IMG/VR virus record: IMGVR_UViG_3300027777_000022
Strand: one strand, 5' to 3'
Length of the DNA: 38,650 nt
Source: a virus
Lineage: Duplodnaviria > Heunggongvirae > Uroviricota > Caudoviricetes
The notes beneath the pieces are model-generated. The model saw nothing but the letters and a program-made list of their open reading frames with translations, did no database searches and had not been told where the DNA came from. Shown piece after piece: positions 1 through 12,000 of this stretch. The position numbers were made by a program, and so were the translations under genes. Positions within the stretch are counted from its first letter, which is position 1; every line of letters starts with the position of its first letter.

Positions 1-3000
1 ATTGGTTGTAAAGGCAATTGACCCCGAACTGGCAATTGTAGCACTTGATGCGGAAGTTAAACCTGAATATCCGGTTCCAATAACGCCTTGTACGCCTTGC
101 ACACCTTGCACGCCTTGCACACCTTGAGCGCCAGTAGTACCTTGAGCACCAGTTACACCCTGCACGCCTTGTACGCCTTGCACACCTTGCACACCTTGAG
201 CACCTGTTGTGCCTTGAGCGCCAGTAGTACCTTGAGCACCAGTTACACCTTGCACACCTTGCACGCCTTGTACGCCTTGCACACCTTGCACACCTTGCAC
301 ACCTTGAGCGCCAGTAGTACCTTGAGCACCAGTTACACCTTGCACACCTTGCACGCCTTGTACGCCTTGCACACCTTGCACGCCTTGCACACCTTGAGCG
401 CCAGTAGTACCTTGAGCACCAGTTACACCCTGCACGCCTTGTACGCCTTGTACGCCTTGCACACCTTGAGCACCTGTTGTGCCTTGAGCGCCAGTAGTAC
501 CTTGAGCACCAGTTACACCTTGCACACCTTGTACACCTTGGCGGCCTTGCACACCTTGCACACCTTGCACACCTTGAGCGCCAGTAGTACCTTGAGCACC
601 AGTTACACCCTGCACGCCTTGTACGCCTTGTACGCCTTGCACACCTTGCACGCCTTGCACACCTTGAGCGCCAGTAGTACCTTGAGCGCCAGTAGTACCT
701 TGAGCACCAGTTACACCTTGCACACCTTGCACGCCTTGCACGCCTTGAGCACCAGTTGTGCCTTGGGCACCAGTAGTACCTTGAGCACCAGTTACACCTT
801 GCACACCTTGAACGCCTTGTACACCTTGTACTCCTTGCACACCTTGAGCGCCAGTTGTACCTTGAGCACCGGTTACACCTTGCACACCTTGAACGCCTTG
901 TACACCTTGCACACCTTGCACGCCTTGCACACCTTGAGCACCTGTTGTGCCTTGAGCGCCAGTAGTACCTTGAGCACCAGTTACACCCTGCACGCCTTGT
1001 ACGCCTTGCACGCCTTGAGCACCTGTTGTGCCTTGAGCGCCAGTAGTACCTTGAGCACCAGTTACACCTTGCACACCTTGAACGCCTTGTACACCTTGTA
1101 CTCCTTGCACACCTTGAGCGCCAGTTGTACCTTGAGCACCGGTTACACCTTGCACACCTTGAACGCCTTGTACACCTTGAGCGCCAGTTGTACCTTGAGC
1201 ACCGGTTACACCTTGCACACCTTGCACACCTTGAACGCCTTGCACACCTTGAACGCCTTGTACACCTTGTACTCCTTGCACACCTTGAGCGCCAGTTGTA
1301 CCTTGAGCACCGGTTACACCTTGCACACCTTGCACACCTTGCACACCTTGAACGCCTTGTACACCTTGCACACCTTGTGTGCCTTGTGCGCCAGTTACAC
1401 CTTGTACGCCTTGCACACCTTGTGCGCCAGTTACGCCTTGCACACCTTGCACACCTTGAACGCCTTGAGCACCTGTTGTACCTTGAGCGCCAGTGGTGCC
1501 CTGCACGCCTTGTACACCTTGTACTCCTTGCACGCCCTGTACGCCCTGTACGCCCTGTACGCCTTGAGCGCCGGTTGTACCTTGAACGCCCTGTACACCC
1601 TGTACACCCTGTACGCCTTGTGTTCCCTGGGCAGCTTGAACACCCTGTACACCTTGACGGCCTTGCACACCTTGTGTGCCCTGTGTACCTTGAACACCTT
1701 GAGTGCCTTGTGCAGCTTGCACACCCTGAACGCCTTGTACACCTTGAACACCTTGTGTGCCTTGTGTGCCCTGAGTAGACACTGCAACACCATTAGCATA
1801 GGTAAATCCAGCTGCTTGCACATTGCCCACAGCGGAAATATTTCCTGATACTTGAAAAATTGAACCAATAATGCTTAACGTGCCAGTTCCAGCTGCTCTG
1901 CCTATGTTGCCGCCGCTGGCTATGATTCTTGAATCATAATCCAAGGTGCTATTACCACTGCTGTGGAAGTCAATATATGGAGTATTAACTGCTGCAACAT
2001 TTCCTAGTTCCATACCTGCATTGTTAGCGTTGGCCACTAATGCACCTGGATTAGTAAGTGTTATCGTAGTGCCTGTTATGCCTCCACTAACTGATATTGT
2101 AGTTCCTGTAAAAGATGTTGCTTGCACAATACCGGACAGTGACATGTTAGTGCCAGTGTATGATGGTGAATTTATAGTGCCTAATGCGCTTACATCTGTA
2201 CTATAAACTGCGGCAGTTACAGATAAGTTTCCACCTGTATAACCATCTGCTTGTACATTGCCAGTGATAGTGGCGCTGCCTGCATACAAGTTTGCGCCAG
2301 TAACACTGCCTGTAACACTGACTACATCACCAGTATAGCTGGCTGTGTTTACAATACCTGTCACTGAAAGTATATTACCAGTGGCAGTGAAGGACAATCC
2401 AACAGTATCAACGTTGGCAGTTTGATTTGAGCCACTAGCACCTACCATCACAGGGTACAATGTGCCTGTGACAACATCAGTAGCGTTTATAGTGGTACTA
2501 GGTCCAGCTAATCCTTGCGTACCCTGGACGCCTTGAACGCCCTGGACGCCTTGTACGCCTTGTACACCCTGTGTGCCTTGCACACCTTGCCGACCTTGCA
2601 CACCCTGAGCGCCAGTTACGCCTTGAACGCCCTGAACACCTTGTGTACCCTGTACGCCTTGTACGCCTTGTACACCTTGTGTGCCCTGAGCACCAGTGGT
2701 GCCTTGTGCGCCAGTTACTCCTTGTGTGCCTTGGACACCTTGTGTACCCTGTACGCCTTGTACGCCTTGTACGCCTTGTACACCTTGTGTGCCCTGAGCA
2801 CCAGTGGTGCCTTGTGCGCCAGTTACACCTTGTGTGCCCTGCACGCCTTGAACGCCTTGTGTGCCTTGAACACCTTGAACGCCTTGTGTGCCTTGAACAC
2901 CTTGTGTGCCCTGCACGCCTTGTGTGCCTTGAACACCTTGTGTGCCCTGCACGCCTTGTGTGCCTTGTGTGCCCTGAGCACCAGTGGTGCCTTGTGCGCC

Positions 3001-6000
3001 AGTTACTCCTTGTGTGCCTTGGACACCTTGTGTACCCTGTACGCCTTGTACGCCTTGTACGCCTTGTACACCTTGTGTGCCCTGAGCACCAGTGGTGCCT
3101 TGTGTGCCTTGAACACCTTGAACGCCTTGTGTGCCCTGCACGCCTTGTGTGCCCTGCACGCCTTGTGTGCCTTGAACACCTTGTGTGCCCTGCACGCCTT
3201 GAACGCCTTGTGTGCCCTGCACGCCTTGTGTGCCCTGAGCACCAGTGGTGCCTTGTGTGCCTTGGACACCTTGTGTACCCTGTACGCCTTGTACGCCTTG
3301 TACACCTTGTGTGCCCTGAGCACCAGTGGTGCCTTGTGCGCCAGTTACACCTTGTGTGCCTTGAACACCTTGTGTGCCCTGCACGCCTTGAACGCCTTGT
3401 GTGCCCTGCACGCCTTGTGTGCCCTGAGCACCAGTGGTGCCTTGTGCGCCAGTTACACCTTGTGTGCCCTGCACGCCTTGAACGCCTTGTGTGCCCTGAA
3501 CACCTTGTGTGCCTTGAACACCTTGAGTACCTTGTATGCCCTGAACACCTTGTGTGCCCTGAACACCTTGTGTGCCTTGAACACCTTGAGCGCCAGTTAC
3601 ACCTTGAATGCCTTGAACACCTTGTGTGCCTTGAACACCTTGTGTGCCCTGCACGCCTTGAACGCCTTGAACGCCCTGTACACCCTGAACTCCTTGTAAT
3701 CCTTGAGTGCCCTGAGCGCCAGTAGTACCTTGAACACCTTGTGTGCCTTGAACGCCCTGTACACCTTGTGTGCCAGTTACACCCTGGACGCCTTGAACAC
3801 CTTGTGTGCCTTGAACACCTTGTGTGCCTTGAACGCCTTGTACGCCTTGTGTGCCTTGTGTGCCTTGTGTGCCTTGAACACCTTGTGTGCCTTGTACGCC
3901 TTGTGTGCCTTGTACGCCTTGTGTGCCTTGAACGCCTTGTGTACCTTGTGTGCCCTGCACGCCTTGTGTGCCTTGAACGCCTTGTGTACCTTGTGTGCCC
4001 TGCACGCCTTGAGTACCCTGAACACCTTGAACACCTTGAACACCTTGTACGCCTTGTACGCCTTGAGTACCCTGAACACCTTGAACACCTTGTACGCCTT
4101 GAACGCCTTGTGTACCTTGTGCGCCCTGCACGCCTTGTGTGCCTTGAACACCTTGTGTGCCTTGTGTGCCTTGTGTGCCTTGAACACCTTGTGTGCCTTG
4201 AACGCCTTGTGTACCTTGTGTGCCCTGCACGCCTTGAGTACCCTGAACACCTTGAACACCTTGTGTGCTTTGAACGCCTTGTGTACCTTGTGTGCCCTGC
4301 ACGCCTTGAGTACCTTGAACACCTTGTACGCCTTGTACGCCTTGAGTACCCTGAACACCTTGAACACCTTGTACGCCTTGTACGCCTTGAGCGCCGGTTG
4401 TGCCCTGTGCGCCAATTGTACCTTGAACACCCTGTACACCCTGTACGCCTTGTGTGCCCTGTACGCCTTGTGTACCCTGTACGCCTTGTGTGCCTTGGGC
4501 AGCTTGCACACCTTGCACACCTTGGAGACCCTGCACACCTTGAGTTCCTTGAGCACCTGATCCTGCTACAGGAGTGCCGTTGGCGTAGGTAAATCCTGCT
4601 GCTTTTACATTACCAGCCACAGATATATTACCAGCCACACTCAATGCTGTGCCTGATGTGTTTGATATGTTTACTGTGGTGTTTGAACCAAATGTAACAG
4701 TACCATTGCCAAGTCCTGGTCCTATTGAGATTGTGGTAGTGGAGTTAGCTGCGCCATTTTCACCAATGCTAATGGTTTTGGTGTTGCCTGATGTGGTCAC
4801 ACCATTGGCAATTGCCAGAGTGTGTGTCACAGTTGATCTGTCAACTTGTATCGCACCGGTTTGTGATACACCACCTAATACAAGTAACGAAGCAAGTAAG
4901 CTGGTACCAATATTGATATTAGATGAGGTAGCACTAAAATTTACCCCACCATTTACAGATATACTAGATCCAAGAAATCCGCCAGTTGCAACAAAATTAC
5001 CCCCTTGTACATTCCCTGTGGTTGAAATATTACCAGTGGCCACAATACCAGCGGTGGTAACATTACCAGTAGTGCTTAGGCTAGTACCGGTGGCAGCACC
5101 AATGTTAGGGGTTGTTAAGTTAGCACTGGTTTTAACAACAATGTTTCCTGTTCCATCAAATGCTGTGGTTGTGTTGTCTACCTTGGCACTGAACACTGTG
5201 CCTACCAAAGTCAATCCAGCGGAGGTATTTGCAGTGTACACTTGACTTCTGCTGAATTCTGCAAACTGTATGTTACTGGTACCAAATGTGATTGTACCAG
5301 ATGGCGAACTCACAACAAATGCAGCGCCAGCATTGACATTTCCACTTTGCACAAAGAAATAGTCGTTGATACTGATTTCTTCTGTGCTGTTTGCTCCGTA
5401 TTGATCAGTGTCTGAGGAACGTATAATAGCAGTGGTGTTGGCATAGGTATACACACCATTCTGTACGCCATTGGCCTGATTTTGCACCAATACCCGTGTG
5501 CCTACAGTTTGAATATTGGCTCCGTCAATAAGATTGAATACACCAGTAGTTTTTAATGTGGCACCTACGCCATTACCTGCTCCATTGGGTTGGTTATAAG
5601 TTATGGTACCACTGGTAGCTGTTTCCAGAGTGGTTGTGGTAGCTGCATACACTGGCTGGTGAAATGTTATCCCAGTTGTGGCAAAATTATCAACGTATAA
5701 CTTAGTTGCTGCATCATAATCTTGTACAGGCATAGCAAGATTATTGATGTATGTGTTAGCTTTCAATACCACATTGCCGCTAGGGTTTAAATTCAAAGCA
5801 CCGGTACTGGTGATTGTAGTGCCTGTAAAAGATGTTGCTTGCACAATACCGGACAGTGACATGTTAGTGCCAGTGTATGATGGTGAATTTACAGAACCCG
5901 TCGCACTTAGGGTTGTAGCATCAACCCTACCAGTTACAGATAAGTTTCCACCTGTATAACCATCTGCTTGTACATTGCCAGTGATAGAGGCGTTGCCGCC

Positions 6001-9000
6001 ATTTACTGTTCCACTAGTAACACTGCCTGTAACACTGACTACATCACCAGTATAGCTGGCTGTGTTTACAATACCTGTCACAGAAAGTATATTGCCAGTG
6101 GCAGTGAAGGACAATCCAACAGTATCAACGTTGGCAGTTTGATTTGAGCCACTAGCACCTACCATCACAGGATACAATGTGCCTGATGTAACATCAGTAG
6201 CGTTTATAGTAGTGCTAGGACCAGCTAATCCTTGCGTACCTTGTACACCCTGTACACCTTGAACGCCCTGTACACCTTGAACGCCTTGTGTACCTTGAAC
6301 GCCTTGTGTACCTTGAACGCCTTGTGTACCTTGAACGCCTTGTGTACCTTGAGCGCCAGTTACACCTTGTGTGCCTTGTGTACCCTGAACACCTTGTGTA
6401 CCTTGTGTACCTTGTGTACCTTGTGTACCTTGAATGCCCTGTACACCTTGAACGCCCTGTACACCTTGTAATCCCTCAACGCCTTGTACGCCTTGTACGC
6501 CTTGGATGCCCTGTACGCCTTGTGTACCTTGAACACCTTGTGTACCTTGAACACCTTGTGGGCCTTGGATGCCCTGTACGCCTTGCGTACCTTGTACGCC
6601 TTGCGTACCCTGAACGCCTTGTATACCTTGAACGCCTTGTGTGCCCTGTACGCCTTGTGGGCCTTGGATGCCCTGTACACCTTGTGTACCCTGAACGCCT
6701 TGCACACCTTGTGGGCCTTGGATGCCCTGTACGCCTTGCGTACCCTGTACGCCTTGCGTGCCCTGTACGCCTTGTAATCCTTGAATGCCCTGTACACCTT
6801 GTGTACCCTGAACGCCTTGCACACCTTGAGTACCTTGGATGCCCTGTACACCTTGAGTACCTTGGATGCCCTGTACACCTTGAGTACCTTGGATGCCCTG
6901 TACACCTTGTGTACCCTGAACGCCTTGCACACCTTGAGTACCTTGGATGCCCTGTACACCTTGAGTACCTTGGATGCCCTGTACACCTTGAGTACCTTGG
7001 ATGCCCTGTACACCTTGTGTACCCTGAACGCCTTGCACACCTTGAGTACCTTGGATGCCCTGTACACCTTGAGTACCTTGGATGCCCTGTACACCTTGAG
7101 TACCTTGGATGCCCTGTACACCTTGTGTACCTTGAACGCCTTGCGTACCCTGGACGCCTTGAACGCCCTGAACACCTTGTGGGCCTTCAACACCCTGGAC
7201 GCCTTGTGTACCCTGAACGCCTTGAACACCCTGGACGCCTTGTGTACCCTGAACGCCTTGAACACCTTGTGGGCCTTGAACACCCTGAACGCCTTGCACA
7301 CCTTGTGTGCCTTGAACACCTTGTGTGCCTTGAACACCTTGTGTGCCCTGAACACCTTGTGGGCCTTGAACGCCTTGTGTGCCTTGTACGCCTTGGGTAC
7401 CTTGAACGCCTTGTGTGCCTTGCACGCCTTGAACGCCTTGTGTACCCTGCACACCTTGAACGCCTTGTGTGCCCTGGGCGGCTTGAACGCCTTGTACACC
7501 CTGTGTGCCTTGTACACCCTGAACACCTTGAGCACCTGATCCTGCTACAGGAGTGCCGTTGGCGTAGGTAAATCCAGCAGCTTGTACATTACCGGCAGCA
7601 GATATATTACCAGCCACACTCAATGCTGTGCCTGATGTGTTTGATATGAGTACTGTGGTGTTTGACCCAAAGGTGACTGTGCCATTACCAAGTCCTGGTC
7701 CTACTGAGATTGTGGTAGTGGAGTTAGCTGCACCATTTTCGCCAATACTAATAGTTTTGGTATTGCCCGATGTGGTCACACCATTGGCAATATAAAGTGT
7801 TTGTGTCGCAGTTGATCTGCCAACTGTGATTATACCAGTTTGAGCAGTACCTCCCAGAGCTATTACACCAGTGGTCTGACTGGTACCAATGTTGATAGCA
7901 CTAGTGGTTGTACTAAACGTGACAGCTGTACCAGCAGTCAGTGTGCTAGTGGCGCTTATTGATCCGACCACGTTTATTCCGCCAACTGCTTGAATGTTAT
8001 TGGTTTGTAGATTACCTACAATGTGAGCATATCCCAGTATGCCCAGCGAGTTAGAGTTAACAATGGTACTATTACCAGTATCATATTGCCAAACTCGATC
8101 CGTGGTTGACCCAGAAACATATACTGAGTTGTTGGCTAGATTAACATATATCCCAGTTGGTGTGGCCTCTTGGAACCCCACGTTAAAATAATTATTAGAA
8201 TATACGCCAGTGCTGATATCATAAGGTACAGATAACTGATATTGACTGATGTTTCTATTACTATTACCAAGTAACCATAACACAGTTCCTGTGCTGTTGA
8301 ACGTTGCTCCACTTGGTGCACCATCTTGAGCACTTACACTCAGAGATTTGTTAGCATACGCGGCTGTGGCAATGTTGGCGACATTGCTGACTGTGTACTG
8401 ATAGATAGTATCGTTAGTAGTTCCAACAATATACATGTTGGCACCATCAGGACTGAATGTCACTCCAGTTGGTGCAGTTTCTTGAGCACTGATGTTTGCG
8501 CTTAGATTAGAGTAAGAAGCTGTGGCAATATTGGCAACGTTGCTGATACCGTATTGGAACACAATACGAGTGGTTGTGTCCAGCACAAACATGGTGTTGC
8601 CACTGCTGTTGAACCAAAATCCTTGAGGACTGGTAGCCTGTCCATTCACATTGGAACTTAAACTGGCGTAAGAAGCTGTGGCCACCGCCCAAGGAGTAGC
8701 AACATTGTATTGATAAACTGCACGGTTTGCACTACCCAACAAGAACATGGTATTACCACTACTGTTGAAAAACACATCGGTTGCAGATGCGTCCTGAGCA
8801 AGAATGCTCAAGCTGTTGCTAGCCCACCAACCGGCAATGTTGGAAGTATCGCTGTATGTTACCGCGTTGGAGGTGTATAGATTTCCCACAGCACTTACTA
8901 TACCAGCAGTTTTAACATTTCCACCAACAACATTGCCAGCTATAGAAAGTATATTACCAGTGGCAGTAAAAGATAATCCAACAGTATCAACGTTGGCAGT

Positions 9001-12000
9001 TTGATTTGAGCCACTAGCACCCACCATCACAGGATATAATGTTCCTGATGTAACATCAGTAGCGTTTATGGTAGTGCTAGGACCAGCTAATCCTTGCGTA
9101 CCTTGTACACCCTGTACACCTTGAACGCCCTGTACACCTTGAACGCCCTGTACACCTTGTGTGCCTTGTGTGCCAGTTACACCCTGGACGCCTTGGGTAC
9201 CTTGAATGCCCTGTACACCTTGAATGCCCTGTACACCTTGCACACCTTGAATGCCCTGTACACCTTGGATACCCTGTAATCCTTGAACGCCCTGTACACC
9301 TTGTAATCCCTCAACGCCTTGTACGCCTTGAATACCCTGAACGCCCTGAACACCTTGTAATCCTTGAACGCCCTGTACACCTTGTAATCCTTGAATGCCC
9401 TGTACACCTTGGATACCCTGTAATCCTTGAACGCCTTGAACGCCTTGTAAGCCTTGTGTGCCAGTTACACCCTGGACGCCTTGGGTACCTTGAATGCCCT
9501 GTACACCTTGAATGCCCTGTACGCCTTGAATGCCCTGTACACCTTGTAATCCTTGAACGCCCTGTACACCTTGTGTGCCTTGTGTGCCAGTTACACCCTG
9601 GACGCCTTGGGTACCTTGTAATCCTTGAACGCCCTGTGTACCTTGAATGCCCTGAATGCCTTGAACGCCTTGTGTACCTTGAACGCCTTGTATACCCTGA
9701 ACGCCCTGTGTACCTTGAACGCCTTGTGTACCCTGCACGCCTTGGGTACCTTGTAATCCTTGAACGCCCTGTGTACCTTGAATGCCCTGAACACCTTGAA
9801 CGCCTTGTGTGCCTTGTGTGCCCTGCACGCCTTGGGTACCTTGTAATCCTTGAACGCCCTGTACGCCTTGAATGCCCTGAACACCTTGAACGCCTTGTGT
9901 ACCTTGAACGCCTTGTGTGCCTTGTGTGCCCTGCACGCCTTGTGTGCCCTGCACGCCTTGTGTACCCTGAACACCTTGAACGCCTTGTGTACCCTGAACA
10001 CCTTGAACGCCTTGTGTGCCTTGTGTGCCTTGTGTGCCTTGTGTGCCTTGTGTGCCTTGTGTGCCTTGTGTGCCTTGTGTGCCTTGTGTGCCTTGTGTGC
10101 CTTGAACGCCCTGTACACCCTGTACACCCTGAACACCTTGTGTGCCTTGTGCGGCTTGTACACCTTGAACGCCCTGTACACCCTGAACGCCTTGTAATCC
10201 TTGAGTGCCTTGAACGCCCTGTACACCTTGTGTGCCAGTTACACCCTGGACGCCTTGAACACCTTGTGTGCCTTGAACGCCTTGTAATCCTTGAACGCCT
10301 TGTAATCCTTGAACGCCCTGTGTACCTTGAATGCCCTGAACACCTTGAACGCCTTGTGTACCTTGAACGCCTTGTGTGCCTTGTGTGCCCTGCACGCCTT
10401 GTGTGCCCTGCACGCCTTGTGTACCCTGAACACCTTGAACGCCTTGTGTGCCTTGTGTGCCTTGTGTGCCTTGTGTGCCTTGTGCGGCTTGTACACCCTG
10501 AACGCCTTGTAATCCTTGAGTGCCCTGAGCGCCAGTAGTACCTTGAACACCTTGTGTGCCTTGAACGCCCTGTACACCTTGTGTGCCAGTTACACCCTGG
10601 ACGCCTTGAACGCCTTGTGTGCCTTGAACGCCTTGTAATCCTTGAACGCCTTGTAATCCTTGAACGCCCTGTGTACCTTGAATGCCTTGAACACCTTGAG
10701 TGCCCTGAGCGCCAGTAGTACCTTGAACACCTTGTGTGCCTTGAACGCCCTGTACACCTTGTGTGCCTTGAACGCCTTGTAATCCTTGAACGCCCTGTAC
10801 ACCTTGTGTGCCTTGAACGCCCTGTACACCTTGTGTGCCTTGAACGCCTTGTAATCCTTGAACGCCCTGTACACCTTGTGTGCCTTGAACGCCTTGTAAT
10901 CCTTGAACGCCTTGTAATCCTTGAACGCCCTGTACACCCTGAACGCCTTGTAATCCTTGAGTGCCCTGAGCGCCAGTAGTACCTTGAACACCTTGTGTGC
11001 CTTGAACGCCCTGTACACCTTGTACACCTTGTGTACCTTGCACGCCTTGTACACCTTGTGTACCTTGAACACCTTGTGTGCCTTGAACGCCTTGTAATCC
11101 TTGAACACCTTGTGTGCCTTGAACACCCTGAGTGCCTTGTGCACCGGTAGTACCTTGAACGCCTTGTGTGCCAGTTACACCTTGAACGCCTTGTACACCT
11201 TGAACGCCCTGTACACCTTGTGTGCCTTGTGTGCCAGTTACACCTTGAACGCCTTGAGTACCTTGTACACCTTGAGTACCTTGAACGCCTTGAGCACCTG
11301 TTGTACCTTGAGCGCCAGTGGTGCCCTGCACGCCTTGTACGCCTTGCACGCCCTGTACGCCTTGAGCGCCGGTTGTACCTTGAACGCCCTGTACGCCTTG
11401 TGTGCCTTGTGTGCCTTGTGTTCCTTGGGCAGCTTGAACACCCTGCACACCTTGTCTGCCCTGTACGCCTTGAACACCCTGTGTGCCTTGAGCACCTGAT
11501 CCTGCTACAGGAGTGCCGTTGGCGTAGGTAAATCCGGCTGCTTGTATATTACCAGCTACAGAAATATTACCAGCCACACTTAGTGCTGTGCCTGATGTGT
11601 TTGATATGTTTACAGTTGTGTTTGACCCAAAGGTAACTGTGCCATTGCCAAGACCAGGACCTACTGAGATTGTGGTAGTGGAGTTGGCTGCGCCATTTTC
11701 ACCAATGCTGATGGTTTTGGTATTGCCCGATGTGGTCGCACCATTGGCAATTGCCAAAATTTGTGTTGCATTCGATTGCCCAACGGTGATTGTACCAGTT
11801 TGTATAGGTCCACCTAACGTGAGTGCTGGTGTTAATTGTCCAGTACCGATATTAATAGTTGAAAGAGTTGTGGCAAAAGTTACTGTTCCGGTTGTAGATA
11901 AAAGCGAGCCAAAAAATCCGCCACTTGCTGCAACATAATTACCCGCTTGTACATTCCCTGCCACGCTCAGTGCTGTGTTCGAAACGTTGGCAATAGCAAC

